Source: a virus
Strand: one strand, 5' to 3'
DNA: 64,000 nt
Virus record (IMG/VR): IMGVR_UViG_3300031999_000005
Span: 39,757 to 103,756 of that record
Below are positions 44,970 through 55,800 of this stretch, in pieces. A program made the translations under genes and the position numbers. Positions within the stretch are counted from its first letter, which is position 1. Each line of letters starts with the position of its first letter. The notes under the pieces were generated by a model. It was given only the letters and a program-made list of their open reading frames with translations. It was not told where the DNA came from and searched no databases.

Positions 44970-46886
44970 ATGGCGGACAATTTCCAACTCGATGAGATAC
45001 CGATTCCCAGGGCCGCACCGGTAGAGGCTCAACTTGCACCTATCGTTCAGAACACGGAATGGCAGGCACGGCAGGCACAAGCGCGAGTCGAAGAACCACC
45101 GAAGGCATGGGGAATGCCTGGAGCGGGCTTCGCAGGGAAAGGTGCGGGCGCCGCGAACATCGCAGACAGCATTCTGAGGGGCTTGATCGCCGGGAAGACA
45201 GCGGCTGCATTAACCATGGCAAAGCAGACCATGGCTGAAGTCGGCACGGCTACCCAGCGGCACAGGGTCAATGAGGAAAGCTACCGGAATGCGAAACTGG
45301 CAACCATGGACCCGACCACCATGGAAAATCCAGAGGCGCGGGACAAGGCCGCTGCGGCCCTGGCGACTGCCGAGCAGAATCTCCGGGACAGCCAAAACAT
45401 GATGCTGCAAGTTTATGGGAAGCACGCTGGCCTCACGGAGCGCAAACCAGGGCAGAAAGAAGGAGGGATTGGCTCAAAGATCGTGCGCGGGATGGCGGGC
45501 GCGTTCAAGGCAAAGGACCCCACCTCTGCGGCAATTCAGATAGCGTACTCGATGATGCCAGCAGGGGAAGATATGCCGATGCCAGCCATTGATCCGCTGG
45601 CGGCCACGAAGGCACGCATCCTCGGGACTGCGGCCAAGGGTGGTGAACAGCAACTTGAGGTCGGCAAGCAGCAACTCGCGTTAGGCGCGCAGAAACTCGA
45701 AGCAGGGAAATTCGAGAACGAGATGCTTGCCATGAATGCCGAGCAAATCCGGGAGGCGCGAAGTTATCTGCGACAGTTTGACGCCGTGGGCGCCATGCGG
45801 AGGCAGGCTATCGCATCAGGGAGACCCGCAACCGACCCACAGGTGAGGATATTGGATGCCGAAAGAGGATCACTGGCATCTGGATACGCAGCGCGCACTG
45901 GCAGGACTATTCCTTCCCCCAGCGCTTTCGATGCAGAAGAAGAGAAGAACGCTCTAACGATTGCGACCTCTCAGGAAGGCCGTAAATACCTGCAACAGCG
46001 TGGAGTGGCCATGGAGAAGGCGGCTCGCGGGGAGAAATTGGCTGCTTTCGACCAGATGCTCGTCGGGATGAGACCAGAGAACGTCTTCCAAGCGTACTGG
46101 CAGAGTTTCGGCGGCGATGCTGGCAAAGCGGCGGAACGGATGCACGCTGATGCCTTGCAGATAGCGAATGTCGGTCATCAGGCGAACGGATACGCCTACC
46201 TCTATAAAGCCGCCAGAATAATCGAAGATGACAACTGGAAAAAGGCCGGGAACACGGGGCCGGCCCCGGAAGCAAACGTTGCCCGTCACTTTGAACAGAT
46301 TGACAGGCCGCAAGCCTTCAAGGTACCGACTCGCACCTTCACTGAGGGTGACAAGCAGAGAACTCTCTCCAGTTACCTTGCCCAGGTGTTCAGAGTACAA
46401 CCAGAATGGGGGAAGTATGGGTTCGCCTCTGGAACAATGGGGAAGGGAACCTACGACACCGTTTTGAGGCGACCTACTCCAGATATCGGTACGATGCCCT
46501 GGAATGAGGGCGAGGTGAAAAACGCGAAGGAACTGGCCGATTACGATGAATTTTACGGCACGCTACTCAGTTTGGCTAGGTCTCAGTACGACCAAGCGCG
46601 GGCGCGAGGTGCCGAGGCGCAACAGAGGGGACAGGATGTAGACATCAAGCAAATACCTCCAAGCCCAAGCGAACTTGGGTTGGTTCCAGACTTGAGCCAG
46701 ACACCTCCAGGTGGCACCGCGTCCCAGCAAAGGGAAGGATGGACCCCTCCGGCGGGATCAACCGCACCAGGAGCGCGATTGTATCGGATTACCCTTGAGG
46801 GGAAGACGAGGGAAGTAATGCTGCAACCGGAAAGGGCGCAAGAATATCAGGCCCGCGGTGCGAAAGTGGAACCCATAAGCAGGTGA
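44970..46886 (+). CDS. putative DNA ejection/internal virion protein
   Basis: Ala/Gln-rich helical protein between the small ejection protein and the giant protein. Confidence 0.6.
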   Translation: MADNFQLDEIPIPRAAPVEAQLAPIVQNTEWQARQAQARVEEPPKAWGMPGAGFAGKGAGAANIADSILRGLIAGKTAAALTMAKQTMAEVGTATQRHRVNEESYRNAKLATMDPTTMENPEARDKAAAALATAEQNLRDSQNMMLQVYGKHAGLTERKPGQKEGGIGSKIVRGMAGAFKAKDPTSAAIQIAYSMMPAGEDMPMPAIDPLAATKARILGTAAKGGEQQLEVGKQQLALGAQKLEAGKFENEMLAMNAEQIREARSYLRQFDAVGAMRRQAIASGRPATDPQVRILDAERGSLASGYAARTGRTIPSPSAFDAEEEKNALTIATSQEGRKYLQQRGVAMEKAARGEKLAAFDQMLVGMRPENVFQAYWQSFGGDAGKAAERMHADALQIANVGHQANGYAYLYKAARIIEDDNWKKAGNTGPAPEANVARHFEQIDRPQAFKVPTRTFTEGDKQRTLSSYLAQVFRVQPEWGKYGFASGTMGKGTYDTVLRRPTPDIGTMPWNEGEVKNAKELADYDEFYGTLLSLARSQYDQARARGAEAQQRGQDVDIKQIPPSPSELGLVPDLSQTPPGGTASQQREGWTPPAGSTAPGARLYRITLEGKTREVMLQPERAQEYQARGAKVEPISR

Positions 46887-46892
46887 GGCAAC

Positions 46893-49800
46893 ATGGCTCT
46901 TGGCGATTTCTATTTGGACCCCTTGCCTGAACCTGAAGGATCACAAGCTAAACCTCTCACTTGGGATGAGATCAACCAGAGTGCAATCCGACCAAGTAGG
47001 TTAACTCAACCACGCAGGACAACCGCTAAACCTCTCACTTGGGATGAGATCAACCAGAATCAGCGTGCCAGTGCCCAATACCCTGTCACCCAATTGAGTC
47101 TTGAACCGCTGCCTTCATTCCAGGAAGACTACGGCCCAGTTCCCAGATCCACAATTGAACCCGCAGTTAAAGAACTGACCCGTCAGTGGCAGACGCCTGC
47201 GGGTATGGAGCAGCGCCGGGAGGAACCGCCAGCGGTTCTTGAACCCTTCCGCAAGAAGTTCGGACTCACTGCGCTGGCGCCTGTGGAGCAGAAACCGTCC
47301 ATTGGCAAGCGATTGGCCCTGGAAGTTTTACCCTCTGTTGCCGCAGGTTTGGTGGCGCCGTTTATCCCGCCCACGACTGCATCGGTGCTGGCAAGGGTGC
47401 TGCCGGAACCCTTGGCATCTCTGGCGCAGCACGCAAGCGTCGAGAGCATGTTCCGTGCCTCCGGCGCCATCACGGATATCGCACAGCAGGAAATCATTCA
47501 TCGGTTGGTTCCCACGCCGGCGGAACAGCGCGAGATCAACCTGAACTACTACCAGGCGCGGTCTCTCAGCCCTCAACTCTCGTCGCAGGAAAGGCAGGAA
47601 TACCAGCAGAAATACCGCGACCTGAAGGCAAAACCTGAATTGACTGGGGATATCTTCGACGTACTGCGTACTGAAGTGGGGATTCTTGACCCATTGGTGC
47701 TAACCCGCGCAGCGGCGGACACCATGATTGAATGGGAAGGCCCATTCATGCAGGGTTTGCGGGCCTTCCATGCTCTCGGTGCGGTGTTAGGCAAGGGGTC
47801 GAAGGCAGGGTACCGAGCCGTCCAGGCAGCGAACGCGGCGGTGGCTGGGTACTTCACCGTCGATCAGGCCAAGGCTGGCGGGCAATTGTGGCAGGAAGGT
47901 CGATATGTCGAAGCGGTTTCCCAATTCGGTGGCGCCACTGCAATGGCCGTCATGGGATTCATGGGTGCCCTGAGCATCGCCGCTGCTAATCCGAATCTCT
48001 CCAAGGTGCAGATCAAGAACGAATGGTGGAAGCGGTTCAGCGGATCAATCGGGAAATACGACGATGCTGCCAAACGGCTTTTTCGGGTTGCAAAGTTCAG
48101 CGACGGTCGACAACTGCCGCTATACGGTGAACAGATCACACCAAAAACCCTAAAGGAAGTGAATGCCGCTGTAGCAAAGGGAGACGCGAAAGTTTCCGGC
48201 CTGTCGTATGACCAAGTGCCCGACGCGCAGAAACTGGAGGTCATCAACTACGTTGAAGCCAAGCAACGTGCAGCGGTAGCGCCGGAGACGATGAAAAAGG
48301 GCTTGGCGCTTGAAGCCCTTCCTGAAGAAGAACGTGCCGCTTGGCTGGGGGTCACGCTCGAATCAGAAGCCCAAAGAACGGTGCGAGAGCAAACCATTGC
48401 CAGGATGGCGCAGCGCAACCAGGAAATCCGAGACGAACAAGGGAATCTGAAACCTGGAGTTGTTGTTCGCACGGTTCCCGCAGATGAACGCGCTCGGCTT
48501 GCAGGCATTGCTGGCAAAACTTACCGCGACATTGGGAATCTTGATCCAGCAGACCAGACGATGGTAGCGCAGATTGAAGCTGAGGACGGATTCCTTCGCT
48601 CACTGAGACCACCCGAAGCCGCGAAGTTGAATGACGCTGAATTCGATGTGTGGCGGGCAGACCGCCGCACCAAGGAAGGAAAGTGGCAACCGACTGCTGA
48701 CGCAGGGGTAACAAGAGCACATGCGGAAAAGTTGCGGGAGACAGTTGAGGCTCTGATTGCGCGGGGTGATCTGGACGGTGCTGACCGCATTCTGACTGAC
48801 AACATTGGAACCCGACCGGAGAAGATTCCGGCTGATGCAAAGAAGCAAGCTGATGCGTTTGATGTCCTGGTTAAGGATCTGAAGAAGCAGGTGCAGGATG
48901 CCCGCGGGAAACCGGCAGAGGCCGTGGTGGAACCGGCACCTGCGATGCCTCCGGAACTTGCGATGCCGGGGGTTCCGAAGCCAGCGGAACAACCATTGGA
49001 AGGCGCGTCAGAAGCATACATTGCCCGTGAACGTGCCCGCATTGAACGTGCTCTTGCCGGCAATCGAGCACGGTTGCAGGACAAGAATCTACGACCGGAA
49101 GCACGCAAGGCTGCGGAGGCGGCTGTTGCTCAGTTGGAAGTGACCCTTGAACAGATGGATGCTGCCATTGAGGACATGAAGAACTACCAACTTGGCGGCC
49201 CAGACTGGATGGCTGGCAATGAGCAGGTAGAAGAGATCATCGAGCGTCACAGAAAGGAGATTGAGGACTACGAACGCGGCGGGGGGATCACCAGGGAGGG
49301 TGCGCTCCCGGTGGATGTCCAAGAGGAAATCAGAAGGCTTGCTCTGGAGGGGCTACCGCCGACTGCCGAACCGGAAGCCTACCAACTGGTTCTTGACTCC
49401 CTGGACCGGGCTGAAGCTACGCAACCGGCAGCGACTGTGCCCGCTGGACCGAGACTGTCTTCGGAAGAGAGAAAGCGGATCGCAGACAACGTGATGAATT
49501 GGTTCTGGCGTCCGGCGCAAGAATCGGGAAGGCCGCTGACTCCAGATGAGGTCAATGGGATAGCCGATGACGTGCGCAACTACTACCTTGGTGGGCCGCC
49601 GTGGAGAGCACCGGAGGAATTGCCCGAAGAGAGGCGCCGGCACACGCCAGATGAACTGGAGCGGATTGCAAAGGACGTAGGCGACTATTGGCGCGGTGGA
49701 CCAGGATGGAGAGAACCGGGTCCGCCGCGCCGGATGAACGCAGAGGAGCGGCAAGCGGTTGCTGATCGAGCGCGTGAGCGCGCTGAACAGGCTCGCGGTC

Positions 49801-52800
49801 GGCCCATAACCAGGATCGTACCTGTCCCGCGAAAACCCGCTGTGACTCTGGGCGTGGTTGCCAATCCAGTGCCTGAAGACGTTCAAGGTATAGTTGCCGA
49901 TCTTCACTTGGAAGCATTGCCACCTCCGCCCACAGAAGTTTCGGCTGCCGCAGAATTACGGCTTGAAGAACCGCCAGTGCCGGGGCGTGATGAGGGCTAT
50001 CTCGGTGCTCCAGTTGTGGGTCATACAGGTCGGATGGATGTTCGTGGCTTAGACGTAATTCCCGGGAAACTCCAGTTCAAGAAGGGTGCCAACCCTAAGA
50101 CAGGGGCGACAGATTCCCTTGATGCTATCAAAGCATGGGACCCTGGAGCGGCGGGCGTGATCGCAGTCTGGTGGAATCCAGAAACTGAAAAGTTCACGGT
50201 TGTGAATGGTCATACCCGTTTAGCCGCCGCGAAACGCTTTGGGATCAAGGAAGTCAACGTCCTGCGGATTGAGGCCGTATCCATAGAGGATGCCTATGCC
50301 TACGGGGCGCTCATTAACATCGGAGAGGGCCAGGGAACGGTCTTTGACGCAGCCACCTATTTCCGGCTCCATACCGGAACTGAGGCAGAGCGTCTGGCAA
50401 CACTTGAACGGCATGGCCTCAATCTGGAGAAACCTCTCGTTCAGCAGGCATTGGGTTTGGCTCGGTTAGATGAACGGCTCTTTGAGATGGCGGTGAATGA
50501 TGATCCGAAGTTAAAACCCAAGCGGGCGGCGGCGATTGGAAGATTGACCGCAGACCCAGTTGAGCAATGGGCCATCTTTGAGGAAATCGTAAGACGTGAG
50601 AAGCGGCCTGGAGCTTACGTAAACATTGAGGAAATTGAAACCCTCTATCGTTTGGCAAAACAGGCTGGAAAGACCAAGAAAAAAGGCGCGGGAGTTGGAC
50701 AGACGGGGTTTCTGTTTCCGAGCACTGAGCAAGAGAAGAACTTGCTCATGACGATGAGCCAAGAAGTAGTGCATCAGCGGCAGCGGCTTGTTGCACTACG
50801 GGCGCATTATGCTGCCGTGTCCGACGAAGCAAGGGCAAAAGTGCTTGCCGGGCTTGGGAACAAGAACGACTGGGAGAGGAACCAGAGCGAAACCGAAAGA
50901 GTCTCACGGGAAATTGAAATTTACGATAAGGAATTTGACAAAAGCGGTACGATAGTGAACATCCTTGCAGAGTCCGCTAGGAGGATTGAAGGCGATGAAA
51001 ATGCCAACGCCATTGAAATTAGAAACGCCACCCACGATGCCATCCGCAAAGCTGCGGCCGAAATTATCGAACGTAGCGTTCGCTCGGCTGGTGAGAAACC
51101 TGAAGGTGACATTGGCGGTAGACCCGCGGGAGAGAGAGCGCTTCCGCCAACCTTAACCGTCGCAGAATTTGAACGGGCATTACTCGCTACGCCGCAGGGC
51201 AGGGACAGCCTTGCGGTGGCTCACATCTTTGCCGACTCCGCTGGCATGTCCTTTAAGGACTGGGTGGCCGGCCTTGCTTCAGAGGTCCGCCTTGGTGGGA
51301 CCTATTGGGACAAACTCCTGCAAGACAGAATCGCTCGCGGTGACTTGGAACCAGGAACAAGTTTTGAGGAAGCAGCCAAAAGATTCCCGGAGTTCCAGGG
51401 GATGGATGCAAAAATCGTCCGTGGGATGGCGGAATTCATCGCGGATGGCCGGGCCATCATCCACATCTTCAACACGGCAGATGGTTCTACCGCACTCCAT
51501 GAAATTACCCACGCAGCCTACAAATACTTGCCTGCTGAAGATCGAGCGGCAGTTGACCGTTGGCTCGATAGTTTAAATATAAAAGATCCCACCGAACGAG
51601 CGGAGGTGTTTACACGGGCGGCGGAACGATATCGGTACGAAGGGAAGGCCCCTACCGCCGAATTGCAGCCAGTGTTTGCCCGCATTGCAGCATGGATGCG
51701 GGAAATCTACACCGGCGCAAAAGAAGCGCTGCTGATAAAGCCCAATGCTGAAGTCGAACAGGTATTGGAGCGTATGCACGGCGGGAAGGGAGAACGCGGC
51801 AAGGCAGAGGCAAAGGTAGGGCCACTGGAACCGCTGCCGCCGGAAGCGCCGAAGGCGGTTCATCCTGCGCTAGAAGAAGTGACGGAAGCGGCGGCGATAT
51901 TCAAGAAAGCGTTTGGCGCTCGGCCAGCGATGCAGGCAGAGGCGGGCACCCGGCGTTTCCAACTGGAAGCGGTGCCGGGGGAACGAAAGCCTGAACCTGA
52001 GATTGCCCGCGCTGCTGAAAAAGGTTTGAGGGTTGGGCGGATTTTGGATACCGACCAAATACCATCGCGTTCTTGGATTAGCCCCTCTGGGAATTTCGCA
52101 GAAGTGACTCCAGGCAAAACTCACGATGGTGTGGCTCACCAGATGGGTACCACATCGCTGAGTTTGATGAAAGCGGGCTGGATTCGCAAGCCAGGAGAGG
52201 GCTACTACGAGGTTTACCAAGCGGTTCCAGATGTTCTGCGTGTCATTCAACAGGACATGGACGCCACGCCTTATCTTCTGGATGATCCTCGGTCGGTTAT
52301 CTACATCGACCAAGCGCGGATTATTGGGCAACCTCACACCATTCGGATAACCGGCGCTGATTATGTCCAGGCCAACTATGACTTGACGGAGGCCGTTGGC
52401 CAAAGGTTCCAATTCCCCAACATGCAATTACTCCAGGGTGAGGGCTTAGACCCGGAACTTCTGAAAAGCGCCATCATCATAGGGATGGATCAGTACAAAG
52501 CCGGCCGCCGGGACTTCGCATCGTGGTCACAGCACTTCATTGACGAATACGGGGAGAAGGCACGTCCGTATTTGGATGCTGCGTGGCGTGGGATGCCTGC
52601 TCTAGCCCGCGCCAGGGCAGAGCAGGTAGTAAAGGCTCACCCGGAGGCCAAGGCGCGAACTGAGGCCGACGTAGGCTCATTCCGGGCCATCGAGGAGGCA
52701 ACCCGTGAAGAAAAACAAGATCAAGAGGCCGCGCAAGCCGCCCGCAAGGGTAAGGCTCAAATTGGAGCCGCCGCCGCGCCAGGTCGAGCGCCCGCCGGTG

Positions 52801-55800
52801 GTGGACGAGAACAGCCTGGAGGCGAGGTTGGCGGATATGCCCCTGTCGGAACTCCTGGCAGCCCAAGGCGTACCGATCTAGTTACGGGCGCCGGCATCGA
52901 GAAGGGATTACAGAAAAAGATCCAGATTGTAGGCGAACCCCCTCCATCCGATGAATCCATGGTGCCGAAAGAAATGGTTCCCCACCTCACGAATTTCCAG
53001 CGGCAGGGTGCAGCGTCAGCCATCCGGGCGATGTTCCCTGCGGGGAGTTACCGTGGCGGTGGGTACCTGCTCGCCGATGGGACGGGTACAGGCAAGAGCC
53101 TAGTGGCCCTGGCGGTCGCCAAATACGCTATCGACCACGGCCATCCGGTGTTGATCGCCTCGATGCCAGAAGTGTTTAGCATGTATGCAAAGGACGTGAA
53201 GCCGGGTGGAACTTTCGGCGAGTGGCTGGAGCGCTTCGGGCTTCCTTCTGCGCGCTACGTCAAACCCAATGCCAAAGGCGAATACACCAAGCGGTTTGAA
53301 CCTGGGAAACTGTATTTTGCGACGTTCACTCCGGGCTTTAACCACGCTCCGGTGGACAGCAACACGGTGCTGATAATAGACGAATCGCACGGAGCCAAGA
53401 ACGAATACAAGGCTACTTCCCAGACGAGCCGCGGAGTGGTTGTTGCAGACTTTGCGCGGCGTGCTCATGCCGTGATGTTCATGAGCGCCACTCCGATTGA
53501 CATGCCGCAGCAGATCACGTACCTAGAACGGGCCGGGATACTGGAAGGAAGAAGCACGCGAGAGGCATACGAATCCCTCGGATTGAAGTCGAAGACCGTC
53601 ACCGTTCATTCGAAGTGGGGAGACATCGACAAAGAGGTCTGGTACGTTGACCCCAATGTTGGTGCTCGCGGTGTAAATAAACGCTTGGATGCGTTGACCA
53701 CGCGCATGATCGGCGACGGGAAGATGCTCAAGCGTGAACTCTCGATGGACGGGGTGAATGTCAACATCCTGGATGTTCCGGTGTCCCAACGTGCTCGGGA
53801 GATTTCGGAAGACATCGAATACGCATTGCGTGGACAGACCAGCGTGGCGGGGACCGGCTTGGAAGACGCCATCATCCGGATGCACCAGCGCCGGCAATTC
53901 GAAAACGACAAGATCGACCACGTTATAAACATCGTGAGGAAGAGGCTGGCTGGGAATCCGAACGAGAAATTTGTCCTCTTCATGGCTCGGACCAATGAAT
54001 CCCAAGTGATGATTCCCAAAACACTCCGGGACCCCATCACGGGCGAAAGGATCAAGACCAGGGAACCAGCCAAGGACCGCCATGGGAACGACATCATCTC
54101 CCCTGGAACGACCGCTGCATTGAAGAAGCGGTTGGTTGACGAAGGTATTGTCAAGGCAGAGGACATCGCCGAGATCCACGGTGAGGCTGAAGAGGAATTC
54201 TTGGGCGCAAAGGGACAAACGAGAACTCGTCCCAAGGACAATAAAACCGAGATGGCGCGGTTCCAGACGGGCAAAGTCAAGGTGGTGATCGCCACAATTG
54301 AGAGCGGAGGAACGGGGATCAACCTCGATGATGTCACCGGGAAGAACCCGCGCACGATGATTATTATTACCGCGCCGTTCAGCGCCGTGCAGAACATGCA
54401 GGCAGTCGGCCGGGTGTGGCGTCTGAGCACGCAGTCCCATCCAGAAATTTTCTACCTACGTGGCGATATCGATATCGACCACTGGAACTTCGGAATCATC
54501 CAGAACAAGATGGCAACGCTGGGTGCTGTGGTAAAGGGTGAGGCTCCGCGGTTGGACCCGGCGTACATGGAATCTCAGGCGTTACTGTACCAGTCTGAGC
54601 GGGGGAAGCGTGGTGAAGAGAAACCCGGCCCACTGATGGCGATGATCCCCGGCATGGAAGATGTGCTGCGGGAGCAGCAGGCCACCAAGGACAAGATTCA
54701 GGGAGAGGAACTAACCGCCCAGTTCGCCGGGAAGATATCGACCAAGGGAAGACCGGAAGCTGGGCCATTGTTCCGAGGGACGGAAGCGGCACCGCAGCGG
54801 GAATTGTTTGGGCTGGAAGCATTGCCTGAAGAAAAGCCAACAGCAAAGACTGAACCGCAAGGGGCACTCTTCCAAGAAGACTTAGAGATGCCCAAATCCC
54901 TGGAAGGCCCGAGCCAAGGCGAACTTAACGAATTGCGCGTGATGGACGTAACAGATGCCCGCAGACTGATGGACATGCTGCGAAAGATGGGGCCACGGGC
55001 AAACCGTGGGGAAGTATTGGATACCTTCCTCAAACGGTCAAAGGAACAAATGGAGGAGCAGGGCCGAGTGCTTGATGCAGCAGCGGCCACGGTCAAAGGG
55101 GGCGCGGCACGTGCGAGAGCAGAGGAGGAAATGTTGCCACCGGCAGGCGGTGGTACTCCCGCGCCAAAGGGCGAGAAAGCCTACGTCGTTAGGCTGGAAG
55201 ATGGAAGTGGGTGTACATTCCGTTCTCTTCGTCGTGCTGAACGGTTCTATAAGGAGAGACTGGAAGCCGGGGAATCCGTGTTCGAGCCGAAACTGACGGA
55301 TATAACCAGCGAGAGGCTTTCTGGAGACATCGCAACGTGGGAGGGGTCATTTAGAAGCCAGAATTTGGCGCTGGGGTCAGTCCGCGAGACCAGACCGATT
55401 GCTGAAAAATTGGAATTCGGAATAGATGATGAGTACACCTTTAAGGGCATTTTCATGCGCTTATTGGCGGAGGCTGACCCGCGGTACGAGGTGTGGGTGG
55501 AAGGTGAAAAGGGGCCAAGTGAGTCTTTCACAATTATCAGCAGAAAAGGGACCTTAGTAGACGCCAAGCAGCACGCTGAGTCGGTTAAAAGAGCCGAGGA
55601 AGGTGCCAACAGTTACGCCGAGACACTACGGCGCGAAGGGAAGGCAGTTGATGTTCGATACAACGAAGGGAAGACGTTGGAAGGACTTGGCCTTGGTGGG
55701 CACGGGTGGTTTGGGTTGAAGAAATTCCTGGAAATCGGCGACATCCTTGATCGGTTCGAGAATCCGCTGGAAGCCATCGGTGAGCGGTCAGTGCGCTTCA

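Noticed and set aside
53523-54440. Long minus-strand ORFs (also 7333-8199, 8803-9672, 15808-16560)
   Set aside because: Antisense shadows of well-supported genes in GC-rich DNA, with no motifs.
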